A stretch of DNA of 64,000 nt. It comes from an uncultured bacterium (lineage in GTDB: Bacteria > Babelota > Babeliae > Babelales > Vermiphilaceae). Under the pieces are notes generated by a model. The model was not told the origin of the DNA. It searched no databases and worked only from the letters and a program-made list of their open reading frames with translations. Numbering within the stretch: position 1 is the stretch's first letter; every line of letters begins with the position of its first letter. The position numbers and the translations under genes are program-made. The stretch covers positions 384,001 to 448,000 of the forward strand of contig CAVSFC010000002.1 in NCBI GenBank assembly GCA_963727255.1. The letters are read 5' to 3'. This document shows, piece by piece, positions 22,947-32,822 of this stretch.

Positions 22947-23507
22947 CTACTTTTTCTCAGCCAATTTTTTTTTGAGTTCTGCTATTTCTTTTTCATATTT
23001 TTGTTGGATTTCTCTCATTGCTCTTTTTTGTTCCATTTCGGTCTGATGCATTTGGAGAATTTCTTTTTCATCTAATTCTTTCTGCTTTTTAAGATGTTCA
23101 AATTCTTTATCATTGCGATGTTTATAAAATTCTTCCATTTGTCCCAGCTGAAATTGTTCAAGTTTTCGTAATCGCATTACGTCTTCTGCTTTTTCTTTGT
23201 GCTCTTTATGTAATCCTGCAAGCTTTTTAGCTTCAGCATCTTTTTGCTGCGCCTTGGCCAATTCTGCAGAGAGTTCTTGCGCATAAGAGCGGCGGCCACC
23301 TTGTTCAATCTGTTTTAAATAGGTTTGCGCATCATCAAATTTTTTTGCGTTGAGTGCTTGATCAAATTGAGTTTTTACTTTTTGAAGTTGTACTGGTGAA
23401 AGTTGCTGGGCATGAATGGTTTGCATGATGCATATAAGTGCGATCAGTGTTATTTTTTTCATAATGACTCCTATATTTTTGTGTGGTTCGATACAATTGC
23501 TTCGCAA
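22947..23507 (-). CDS. Exported coiled-coil protein (likely start at MKKITL)
   Basis: Signal peptide, K/E/Q-rich heptads. Confidence 0.7.
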   Translation of the reverse strand: MRSNCIEPHKNIGVIMKKITLIALICIMQTIHAQQLSPVQLQKVKTQFDQALNAKKFDDAQTYLKQIEQGGRRSYAQELSAELAKAQQKDAEAKKLAGLHKEHKEKAEDVMRLRKLEQFQLGQMEEFYKHRNDKEFEHLKKQKELDEKEILQMHQTEMEQKRAMREIQQKYEKEIAELKKKLAEKK

Positions 23508-23616
23508 TTACTCATCACCATTTCTCGACTCGCATATTGCTCGCGCGAAACGAACGGTTTTCTAAATTCATTTTTCATTTGCATCCTGAAGAGAGCCAAA
23601 GGCGCATCACGAAGGG

Positions 23617-25284
23617 TTAAAAAGCAATTCCAAATTTGCCCCAGGCCATCCAGCGATTTAAGCCAACATTATCGGGTGGAAATTCATATGATCCGCCAAT
23701 TGCGATGAACATTGGATAATTGCAACTGCTATTCCACTGGTATGCCAGTGATCCATAAACTGTGTGCGTAAGAGTTGCTGGATGTGACGCTGATTCAAGA
23801 TCGAGATCAGCCTCGGTGATAATATTATCAGCATAATCAGCGATTGGAGAACCAGTGCAATTATTCCCGAAATCATTGTTTATTAGTTGGAATGGAGCCG
23901 TTGCTCCACCGCCAACTGCAATTGCCTTCAGCGCTGCTCCCGTTGGGAATGGGCAGGCAAGTCTTAAGCATTCCGCTTGACGTGCAAAGAAATTATAGCC
24001 AACTTCAAGCTCGTAGCAGGTGGTATCCAGTATAAATGCAGCATTAAAAGTGCGATAGTAGCCCGGCTTTACTTTAAGATCTTGCGTAAGTATATCAATG
24101 CCGGGAGTATGCAAAATAAGTGCATATTGCGGATCACTGATTATTGTATCGGCAGCAAATTGCGCTTGTGCTTGGCTCACATAAAATTGCATATAACGGC
24201 TCCAGGGCTTATATTTTAAATCAAATGAGCGCCGTTCTTTGCGTTCAAAGAAATCGCTGATGCTAAAATCAAATTCTCCCGATACTATTATATCTCCACA
24301 ATCGTTATGCCAAATTTCGAGTCCAAATGTGCTGCCTAAAACAAATCCCCAGTGATGGTTGTGGCCAACTATCGGTTCAAAAACATTTACTCCTTTGGGA
24401 GTATTGCCCCCGGGAATTATAACTCCGAAAAATGAATCGAGATGCACATCATCACGGTTGACCGTTTCATAGCCAAGGCGTATGGTTACATCCCCAACCC
24501 TAGTTATCTTTTGGCAATTTTTCTGACATGTATTACCAATCCCGCCATTATCAATTCTGCCAAAACACCATCCGGGTTGGCTAAATGCTGCAACAACAGA
24601 TCCGACCGGCTGTAATGCTTGCCCCGGATCGAGTGTGCAATCAGTATCATTGCATGGATTGGGGCAGGTGGCAGGGCATGAAGGAACTACCGGCGTTACT
24701 GCAGGGCTATTGAGCGGCCCTCCGCCATCATTCTGTATTGTTTCTACAAGTTTAATATGATTGTGCACTCGTAATATGGGGCCTGAGATGCTGATCCATA
24801 CTCCATGGCCATTACAACGCTCATAGATGCGCTGCTGATAATTAATCCCAACACCGATATAACTATGCATCGGTTTAAATTCTACAGTACTTTCAAATGT
24901 GCCGTTCTTGGTATAAATATTTAGATAATTAGCAAGGACCTCGGTTCCGGGTAACCCTTGTTCGCTTACCATTATTGTATTACCGCAGAAAGGCAAGAAG
25001 AAGCGGGCGATGGCATCATCATGAGTTGATTTGCCGCCCAGAACTGTTGCTTGAATAGTTGACCCCCAACCATTTGCAACCGATTTATAAAAATCACGAT
25101 TATGGGCTAAATATTCCGGTGAATTGATCGTAAATACTGGGCGAATTGAAAAAAACGTTTGGCTGGTAGCCCGGCAGTTGCAGGTAGATTGCTCGCAGCT
25201 GGTTTGCGGGCAGTTTATACATTCACCTAGAAGCGATGAGCCTGAGCCGCTGATGAGCATGCCTATGAGTAATAATTTTTTCAT
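23617..25284 (-). CDS. Cys-rich outer-membrane beta-barrel-like protein
   Basis: Signal peptide, many Cys clusters, C-terminal WGKFGIAF beta-signal. Confidence 0.7.
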   Translation of the reverse strand: MKKLLLIGMLISGSGSSLLGECINCPQTSCEQSTCNCRATSQTFFSIRPVFTINSPEYLAHNRDFYKSVANGWGSTIQATVLGGKSTHDDAIARFFLPFCGNTIMVSEQGLPGTEVLANYLNIYTKNGTFESTVEFKPMHSYIGVGINYQQRIYERCNGHGVWISISGPILRVHNHIKLVETIQNDGGGPLNSPAVTPVVPSCPATCPNPCNDTDCTLDPGQALQPVGSVVAAFSQPGWCFGRIDNGGIGNTCQKNCQKITRVGDVTIRLGYETVNRDDVHLDSFFGVIIPGGNTPKGVNVFEPIVGHNHHWGFVLGSTFGLEIWHNDCGDIIVSGEFDFSISDFFERKERRSFDLKYKPWSRYMQFYVSQAQAQFAADTIISDPQYALILHTPGIDILTQDLKVKPGYYRTFNAAFILDTTCYELEVGYNFFARQAECLRLACPFPTGAALKAIAVGGGATAPFQLINNDFGNNCTGSPIADYADNIITEADLDLESASHPATLTHTVYGSLAYQWNSSCNYPMFIAIGGSYEFPPDNVGLNRWMAWGKFGIAF

Positions 25285-25437
25285 GGGGATTCCCCTTTCA
25301 ATGGATAAGAAGTCTATTTAGGTTCCTATCAGGTATTGGGTTAAGGTGTCAATGGATTGCTCCATTCATAGTAGGTAGGAAAAAAATTAAATTTGTGCAA
25401 TATTTGTATATTGTATAAAACTGCATAAATTATATGT

Positions 25438-25696
25438 GCTCGCACCCTTCGACAAGCTCAGGGCGAGCGGGTAGTCTCACATGGCGAGTGTTCTTAGATA
25501 AACCCATGATGATTTATATTCATGATGCGCCTGTCGAAGTACAAACCAATGGGCTGATCTTTCGAGCCTACTTCGCCGAAGTATGCAGCGAAGATCATTG
25601 AGTTGGCCGAAGATGCTACGGAGGCTGGATATGCTTAAGGCTACCTAGATGTAAAATTAGCCGCGCGTGGTGAGCTTGTCGAACCATTCGGGCGGC
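25438..25696. repeat. REP-like inverted pair (core TTCGACAAGCTCA) flanking a hairpin-family copy
   Basis: cccttcgacaagctcagggcgagcgg (25445-25470) and inverted ccgcgcgtggtgagcttgtcgaacc (25661-25685); 25564-25628 resembles 30946-31011. Confidence 0.75.
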
Positions 25697-25722
25697 ATTC
25701 GTAAATACCTTAAAGGTTTTTC

Positions 25723-26976
25723 ATGTTGCGCGTAAAAGGCACTAATGATTTTCTAGATCTCACACTTTACAATTTTGTAATCGAGCAGATTCGCAAACAT
25801 CTGGGAATCTATTGTTTTAATCAAATAGAAACTCCAATTTTGGAACACACGGAACTTTTCAAGCGCACTCTCGGGCTGCATACGGATGTGGTGAATAAAG
25901 AGATGTTTTTGATTAAGCCGCATGCGCGAACTCATCATGAGGCTTTCGAAGGAGAAGAAAGCGAAGGAGAGCAATTATGCCTGCGTCCGGAAATTACCGC
26001 GTCAATGGTACGCGCATTTGTGGATAATGGTATTCAGATAACCCCATGGAAAGTTTTTACCATCGGCCCGTGTTTCCGCTATGAGCGTCCGCAGAAAGGC
26101 CGATTCCGAGAGTTCCATCAAGTAAGCATGGAAGTGATTGGATCAGCGCCCGTTGCGCAAGATGTTCAAATGATTAAAATGCTCGATCGATTGTTCCATG
26201 AAACCTTGAAATTTAATAATTATGCATTGCTCATAAATTATTTAGGATGTCCAGCCGATCGAGCAGTATATAAAGAAAAATTAAAAAAATTTCTCGATGC
26301 GCAAACCGGTCTTTGCTCCGATTGCATGGTGCGCAAAGAAAAAAATATAATGCGGGTTTTTGATTGTAAGGTTGAAGCAGATCAAAAGATCTATCAAAAT
26401 GCGCCCCATATTATTGATTACCTGTGTAAAACATGCCAGGAAGAGTGGCAAACATTGCAGCATGATCTTGAATTGCTTTCCGTAACGTTTGTAGTACAGC
26501 CTAAGCTGGTACGCGGATTGGATTATTATAATAAGACCGTATTTGAATTTGTGAGCGGCGCTCTTGGAGCACAGAATACTTTTTGTGGGGGCGGCCGCTA
26601 TGATCAATTAGTAACCCAAATTGGTGGCAAAACGGATCAGCAATCGATAGGTGCTGCCATTGGTATTGAACGGTTGCTTTTACTTCTTGAGCCATTCAAG
26701 GATTCATTGGCGTTGCCGCATCCACCCAAATTACATGCAATCTTGCCCTTGGCCCTCGAGCAACAAATGCTTGCACTTTTGCTCGCAGATGAATTGCAAG
26801 CGGTCGGATTATGCGCTGAGGTTTTGCTCGAAGGCGCATCCATTAAAAGTATGATGAATCGTGCTAATAAGCTTGGAGCTGCATATGCGCTCATTCTCGG
26901 CGCTGATGAGCAGCAAAAAAATCAGGTGACAGTAAAAAATATGATTACGGGAGCCCAAGAAACTATCCCCCAGTAA
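25723..26976 (+). CDS. hisS: Histidine--tRNA ligase
   Basis: RVKGTND, LRPEITA, FRYERPQKGRFREFHQ, LVRGLDYY, GGGRYD. Confidence 0.97.
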   Translation: MLRVKGTNDFLDLTLYNFVIEQIRKHLGIYCFNQIETPILEHTELFKRTLGLHTDVVNKEMFLIKPHARTHHEAFEGEESEGEQLCLRPEITASMVRAFVDNGIQITPWKVFTIGPCFRYERPQKGRFREFHQVSMEVIGSAPVAQDVQMIKMLDRLFHETLKFNNYALLINYLGCPADRAVYKEKLKKFLDAQTGLCSDCMVRKEKNIMRVFDCKVEADQKIYQNAPHIIDYLCKTCQEEWQTLQHDLELLSVTFVVQPKLVRGLDYYNKTVFEFVSGALGAQNTFCGGGRYDQLVTQIGGKTDQQSIGAAIGIERLLLLLEPFKDSLALPHPPKLHAILPLALEQQMLALLLADELQAVGLCAEVLLEGASIKSMMNRANKLGAAYALILGADEQQKNQVTVKNMITGAQETIPQ

Positions 26977-27028
26977 TGTTGCTATTTACAGCTCAAATGG
27001 TCGCTTATTTACAAAAATAGTTCTGAAA

Positions 27029-27805
27029 TTATAAAATTGCGCAACGCAAACAAATTTGTTTTGCTTTTTGTTTTCTGCGCTCTCGATCGAGTATCAGGAT
27101 ATTTGCCGCTTTGTCAGAAGAGTTATTGAGTGCGACCGTTAAGGCTATTTTGTCTTCACGGTTAACTCTTTGCGGATCGATAAATGGATGCTTTAATAAA
27201 CGTTTAACGAGTGCATCATGATTTTTTTTGGCAGCGATTATAAGGGGAGTTTCCCCGTTTTGACCCGCAACATTCGGGTCAGTCAGCGCATGTTTAAGCA
27301 AAACTTCAGCCATTTTTAAATCGTTTTTTTCTGCAGCACGGCATAATGCAGTAGTTTGAAAATTTAATCCGATTTCTGGATACTCATCTCCATATATTGT
27401 ATTAGGATCTGCGCCCCAATCGATCGCTTTTTGAATAATAGGTAGTATGCGATACCGCACTGCAGCTTGAAAGATCGGCAATAAGTTATTTTCATCGTAA
27501 AAATAATTATCAAATTCTTTACATTTATTTTTGGTATTAAGAATTAGAGCACTTTTTATCAAATCTGGTGAGATGCATTTGTGTATGAGATCAGAGTCGC
27601 AGATACAATAAAAATATTTTGAGACCCCTTTCATTTTTTTAATCTCATCATAATTTTTTATTCCTGATTTTTCTGTAATAATTAAATCAGGAATAATTTG
27701 CATCCAGAGCTCGATGGGCAATTGGGTATAATCAGGGATACCTGTATTCTCCATAGCATAAAGAATCTGAGATACAAAGATGAGTATATATATTATTTTT
27801 TTCAT
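27029..27805 (-). CDS. Exported F-box-like + ankyrin repeat protein with C-terminal CaaX
   Basis: ..LYA|MEN, LPIELWMQI, TTALCRAAE/GETPLIIAAK ankyrin repeats, ends RERRKQKAKQICLRCAIL. Confidence 0.85.
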   Translation of the reverse strand: MKKIIYILIFVSQILYAMENTGIPDYTQLPIELWMQIIPDLIITEKSGIKNYDEIKKMKGVSKYFYCICDSDLIHKCISPDLIKSALILNTKNKCKEFDNYFYDENNLLPIFQAAVRYRILPIIQKAIDWGADPNTIYGDEYPEIGLNFQTTALCRAAEKNDLKMAEVLLKHALTDPNVAGQNGETPLIIAAKKNHDALVKRLLKHPFIDPQRVNREDKIALTVALNNSSDKAANILILDRERRKQKAKQICLRCAIL

Positions 27806-27831
27806 ACTATGCCTGTAATTTATAAAAATTT

Positions 27832-28716
27832 TTAGCTCATTTTCTTTCTTTTCTTGTTTCGATTATTAATCGTTTGGACGTATGTGAGTAGCTTGCTGCT
27901 TATAAGTTTAATTGGTGTATGTGTGTCTATTGTATTATTAACAGAATCAATAACGTAAAGCATAACTTCCTTATTTTCATTGCTGATCATTGACGCTAAA
28001 AAAAAATGGCTTGGATAGTGGCAAGCAAAGTGGACCACTGCAAATGGTTCATTCAATTTTTCAAGTTGATAGATAAGTTCAGGGGAATTATCTATCTGCT
28101 TGCTACACGCTTCAATAGGCAGCTTTCTAGCCCCGCAATCTTTTATGAAATCTGATGAATAGACCAAGGGATTATCAGGGTGAGCTGCTTGATCATATAA
28201 TACGGTTATTGTTTTATCTTGCTCAAGCATGATTGGTAAAATATTGCCCGCTAATTGGGGTAATTTAACAGCGCAGATTCCTGGGATATGAGATACGTCT
28301 ATTCCATGCGTTTGATCAAAGGTTGTATCATGAGAGTCTATATAACTTTTAATTTTCGCGTGTATTTGATTAAGCATTCCTACATTGTTGAGTATCTCAT
28401 GCAAACTCTCATGGAGGAAAGCTCCGTTTTTTTTGACTCTTTTTAGTGCTATATCTATGCATCGTGCATGAAAAAACATCCTATGTCCGCAACTAAACTC
28501 ATCAACTTGCTCTGTAAGTGCAATTAATTGTTTAATCGGTTTATCTTCATATGAGCGATGTAATTGTTCAACGGGCGAATCACGCCTGATTTTTTTGTGC
28601 GCGAGCATTAAAGGGGGACGTGATTGCATCCCCATTATTTTTAAACTACTCAGAACAGTAAGAATACAGATTTTTTTAATCGAAAATAAATTTTGCATTG
28701 TTTTATGGTAAATCAT
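27832..28716 (-). CDS. Exported hypothetical protein, possible cysteine-protease fold
   Basis: Q..EFSCG, HFFL and YVIDS motifs; basic tail RNKKRKK. Confidence 0.55.
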   Translation of the reverse strand: MIYHKTMQNLFSIKKICILTVLSSLKIMGMQSRPPLMLAHKKIRRDSPVEQLHRSYEDKPIKQLIALTEQVDEFSCGHRMFFHARCIDIALKRVKKNGAFLHESLHEILNNVGMLNQIHAKIKSYIDSHDTTFDQTHGIDVSHIPGICAVKLPQLAGNILPIMLEQDKTITVLYDQAAHPDNPLVYSSDFIKDCGARKLPIEACSKQIDNSPELIYQLEKLNEPFAVVHFACHYPSHFFLASMISNENKEVMLYVIDSVNNTIDTHTPIKLISSKLLTYVQTINNRNKKRKKMS

Positions 28717-28811
28717 GGTTTATGTAAGCTTTTTGGGATGTTCCGAACATACTGTAATATGAATTTCTATCTGTTTGCAAAGAAACATTGCTTATTTGTC
28801 GCAAAGATCTT

Positions 28812-29501
28812 TTAGATATTGAATAATGTTATGAGATAATCCTTAAAAAGATAGAAAAAAAATACGGTAAAAAGAATACCGTCAAAACGATCTAAAAATC
28901 CACCATGGCCAGGAAGCAAGGTGCCAGAATCTTTAATGCCAGCTCTTCGTTTGAGCCAAGATTCAAAAAGATCCCCACTGAGAGAAAGTGTGCAAACAAA
29001 TAATGAGAATAGGGCAATAAACCACCATGAAACTGTTTTGCCGAGCTCCCAGAGAACTAAATAAAGCCCAACCATTGCAAAGATCCACCCGCCCGCAACT
29101 CCTTCCCATGTTTTGCCCGGACTTATGCAGGGCGCTAATTTATGAAATCCCATAGCATTGCCAATAAAATAAGATCCGGTGTCAAAGCTAAAAACAATAA
29201 TAAATAAAACAAAAAGAAGCGCATGATACTGCGGGTTTTGGTTCATCAGAATTAACAATGCAAAAGGCAGAATCGGATAAAATGGCATGATGAGCCAATA
29301 AGAAATTTTGTTGATATTAAAGAAGTTTTTCCATTCAAAAAGAATAATCAAAAGGAGAATGAGGCCGAGTACAAAAGAAAAATAGATGGGGGGAAGGTAT
29401 GCAAAGAGGGTCCAAAATATGATGCCTAATACCAGGCCGGTGATTAAACGTTTAGCGAATTTTGTAAGGCCTTCTTTGGTAAAAAGCGTTACCATGTGCA
29501 A
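28812..29501 (-). CDS. cdsA: Phosphatidate cytidylyltransferase
   Basis: DTGSYFIG, ISPGKTWEG, GDLFESWLKR..KDSG.LLPGHGGFLDRFD. Confidence 0.96.
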   Translation of the reverse strand: MHMVTLFTKEGLTKFAKRLITGLVLGIIFWTLFAYLPPIYFSFVLGLILLLIILFEWKNFFNINKISYWLIMPFYPILPFALLILMNQNPQYHALLFVLFIIVFSFDTGSYFIGNAMGFHKLAPCISPGKTWEGVAGGWIFAMVGLYLVLWELGKTVSWWFIALFSLFVCTLSLSGDLFESWLKRRAGIKDSGTLLPGHGGFLDRFDGILFTVFFFYLFKDYLITLFNI

Positions 29502-29860
29502 TCACCTTCATTAAAGGCGTTTTGAATATAGGTTAGTTCTAAATTATTTTCTGTCCCATGCATGAGCGCAACATCAAAACGATATGAGCGTTCTTGCCAA
29601 CCATTTCTGCCGATATATTCTTTTGCGACGGCGATTATTTTGCGTTGTTTGCCGGGGGTAATAACATCAGAGAGATCAAAATAATTGTTTTGCCGCATCT
29701 TTACTTCTACAAATACTAATAAATCATGCGTGCTTGCAATAATATCTATCTCTCCACGCTTTTTGCGGTAATTAAGCTCAATAATTGAAAATCCATTTTG
29801 CAATAAATAATGAGCGGTTTTCTGTTCAGCTTCTCTACCAAGATGCGAGCGAAAATGCAT
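29489..29860 (-). CDS. yraN: YraN family protein
   Basis: G..AE..A..YL, GEIDIIA, LVFVEVK, RFDV. Confidence 0.92.
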   Translation of the reverse strand: MHFRSHLGREAEQKTAHYLLQNGFSIIELNYRKKRGEIDIIASTHDLLVFVEVKMRQNNYFDLSDVITPGKQRKIIAVAKEYIGRNGWQERSYRFDVALMHGTENNLELTYIQNAFNEGDCTW

Positions 29861-29878
29861 GTGCTGTCTTTCTAAAAA

Positions 29879-30787
29879 TTATGCTAATTTTGAGGATTTT
29901 GTTGAAGATGCTGCTTCTTTGGCAATCATAGTTTGCTCGAGATTCGCGCGTAGTTGCTCGGGTGAAAGAGCAAGCCGTTTGGTGATATCATTATCAGGGA
30001 ACTTGTTAATTAATTGCAGTTGCGTTTCCCAAACTTTAACCTGATCATTTTGCGCTTGAGCAAGTTGAATAGTCATTTCAAGCACTTTTGGTTGGGCATC
30101 AGAAAGTTTAGGCGCATGTTCTTTACTAATAAGATCAAGCCGTTTTTGAGCAGCTTTAAAGTTATTCCGGTTGAGATAGAAGTTGAAAATATTCGTATCA
30201 CTGGCCAATAGTTTTTCATGGCATTCAGTTGCAAGCTTGGTAACCGCCGGCAAGAATTCTGATTTACCATGATCGGTTATAAATTGATTAGCAAGGCTAA
30301 GCACTTCTTGTGTTTTACTTTGATCCCGATCCGGCTCGGAAGTTAGTTTAAAACCGCATTCAACCGCTTTATAATGAGCGTAATCGCATCGTGCGGCTCC
30401 CGGATAAAGGAGAATAAATTCATTATAGGCGCGTTCCGCCTTTGTCCATTCTTCTTGTTGATAATAAAGATCGGCCATTTGCAGCAAAATTTCTCTTATT
30501 TGTTCATGATCAGTGCAAACCATGCGCATGGCATCCAAATATTTGAGTGCCGTTGCAAAATCCTTAGAATTTAATGCTTGTTCAAGTCCTTTTTTGAGTT
30601 CCGGTAAAGATTTTTCTACCAAGGGGTTTTTGCGTGGCTTTTTTTTGTTTTCTTTTTCCTCAGGTTTTGGTTTTTGGCCAAAGCCCATCGGGCCCATAGC
30701 AGCCAAAGGGGCGCCCAGGGAAAGGAAAATCCCGCAAAATAATAAGCGCATACAAAGGGTCATAAAGTTTCCTTGGAAAGATTGCAA
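29879..30787 (-). CDS. bamD: Outer-membrane assembly factor BamD-like TPR protein
   Basis: F..LYP..DYAHY, DRDQS.T, FYL...NFKAAQKR. Confidence 0.8.
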   Translation of the reverse strand: MQSFQGNFMTLCMRLLFCGIFLSLGAPLAAMGPMGFGQKPKPEEKENKKKPRKNPLVEKSLPELKKGLEQALNSKDFATALKYLDAMRMVCTDHEQIREILLQMADLYYQQEEWTKAERAYNEFILLYPGAARCDYAHYKAVECGFKLTSEPDRDQSKTQEVLSLANQFITDHGKSEFLPAVTKLATECHEKLLASDTNIFNFYLNRNNFKAAQKRLDLISKEHAPKLSDAQPKVLEMTIQLAQAQNDQVKVWETQLQLINKFPDNDITKRLALSPEQLRANLEQTMIAKEAASSTKSSKLA

Positions 30788-30860
30788 TAAAAACGTAGTA
30801 TACTAAATACTATACTAGAAATATGATAAAAGAGAATTCCCTCATGATCGGGTTTTTAAG

Positions 30861-31045
30861 CCCGTTCGTCTCGAGCGAGCATTCTTGACCGCCATAGCCT
30901 TTAGGCGACGGCGGTTATGCGAGTCGAGAGATGGAAAGACTTCTAGAGCCTACTCCGCCGTAGTAGAATATCGAAGTCAATGAGTTAAACGAAGAAAGCT
31001 ACGAAGGCCGGGTTCGGCCTATAGGCCTCACTCGAAGCAAACGGG
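30861..31045. repeat. Composite palindromic element containing hairpin-family units
   Basis: Terminal cccgtt..aacggg; 30876-30914 matches the reverse complement of 60673-60710; 30946-31011 resembles 25564-25628. Confidence 0.8.
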
Positions 31046-31090
31046 GTGGGTGATGCCAAGTGCTATATCGATATAAAGATAGGTGACTTA

Positions 31091-32802
31091 ATGATCACAA
31101 AAAGTATTGTTGATATTCTCCTTGAAAAAAAGATTATCACGAGTGCCCAGGCTCTCGAATGCCAAGCCTTGGCTGAAGAGAGCGGCAAGAGCGTAGAGCA
31201 GTGCCTTTTGGAAAAGAATTATATAACATCGGAAAATCTTGCCAAAGCAACTGCAGAAAGGGCCGGTCTTCCTTCGGTTGAAAAGGTGACTGATGCCATG
31301 GCCGATTTGGCTGTTTTGGCTAAAATCCCGCTCAAATTTCTCAGAGATAATACCGTGATTCCGGTAATGGTAGATAATCAGCTTACCATTCTGACTGCAA
31401 ACCCTAGCAACTTCCAGCCATTGGATGATATTAATATGCTTTTGGGCGGAAATGCGCGCTATGCGGTTGCCACTGAAAAAGTGATCAATGATGCCATTAA
31501 TCGTTATTATCCGCTTGAGGGTAGCAAGCAGATGATCGAGGCATTTGAAAAAGAAGAAGAGCTTGGCCCTGAAGAGGTTGATTTTGGGGCCATTGAAGAA
31601 AAAGATATTATGGCCATGGCATCTGAGGCGCCGATTATTAAACTGGTTAATAACATATTATTCCAGGCTGCAAAGCGAGGCGCTTCTGATATTCATATTG
31701 AGCCTTTTGAAAAAGAATTAGAGGTCCGTTATCGTATTGACGGAGTACTGTATCCGGTAATGACTCCTCCAAAGCGAATTCAAGGGGCTTTGATTTCTCG
31801 TATTAAAATTATGGCAAATCTTAATATTGCAGAAAAGCGGATGCCGCAAGATGGAAGAATTGATATTAAAGTTGCCGGTCGCCCCATTGATATTCGTGTT
31901 TCTGTATTACCGGTAGTTTTTGGTGAGCGGGTAGTGATGCGTTTATTAGATAAGATCCGCAGCTTTGGAAAACTTCAAGATCTTGGATTTAGCGAGCGCG
32001 ATTATAAGCTCATTGAAACAAATATTGAAAAGCCGAATGGCATTATTTATGTAACAGGTCCAACCGGTTCGGGTAAAACCAGTACTCTCTATTGCATTCT
32101 GGGCGAATTGAATACTCCAGAAGTAAATATTATCACGGTAGAAGATCCGGTTGAATATCAAATGGCAGGAATTGGGCAAGTTGCGGTTAAGGAAAAAATT
32201 GGGCTCACCTTTGCTGCTGCATTGCGTTCAATTTTGCGTCAGGATCCTGATATTATCATGATCGGTGAAACGCGGGATTTTGAAACTGCTCAAATTGCCG
32301 TGCAAGCAGCGCTTACCGGCCACTTAGTCTTTAGTACGTTGCATACCAATAATGCTCCAGCAAGTATTACTCGTTTACTTGATATGGGCGTTGAGCCATT
32401 CTTAATTGCATCTTCAGTAATTCTTATTATGGCCCAGCGTTTGGTGCGCCGTTTGTGCCCGAACTGCAAAAAGAAATATGCGCCACCGCTTGATCTGCTT
32501 GAAAGTATTGGCCTTACTCAAAAAACTGCGCAAGGAATTACTTTTTATCAAGCAGTTGGCTGTGAAGAATGTAATCAAACAGGATATAAAGGGCGCTTGC
32601 GTTATTTGAATTAATGGCGATGAGCCCAGAAATTGCAAAGCTTACTATGGAACGCGCTGATACTTCTTTCTTGCGCAAGCAAGCGATTGCCGATGGCATG
32701 ACGCTTTTGATTGATGATGGTATTCGCAAAATTAAGGAAGGGCTCACCACGATCGATGAAGTGCTTTCAGTTGCGACTATTGAGCAAGAGGTTGTTGAAT
32801 AA
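31091..32802 (+). CDS. gspE: Type II secretion / type IV pilus assembly ATPase (GspE/PilB); frameshift near 32610
   Basis: ASDIHIEP, GPTGSGKT, TVEDPVEY, LRQDPDIIMIGETRD, CxxC..CxxC. Confidence 0.9.
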
Positions 32803-32822
32803 CTAATCTATTTTTCTAGCAA

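Noticed and set aside
25330..25722. T-box or attenuator upstream of hisS
   Set aside because: No T-box consensus or His-rich leader; the structure is explained by repeats
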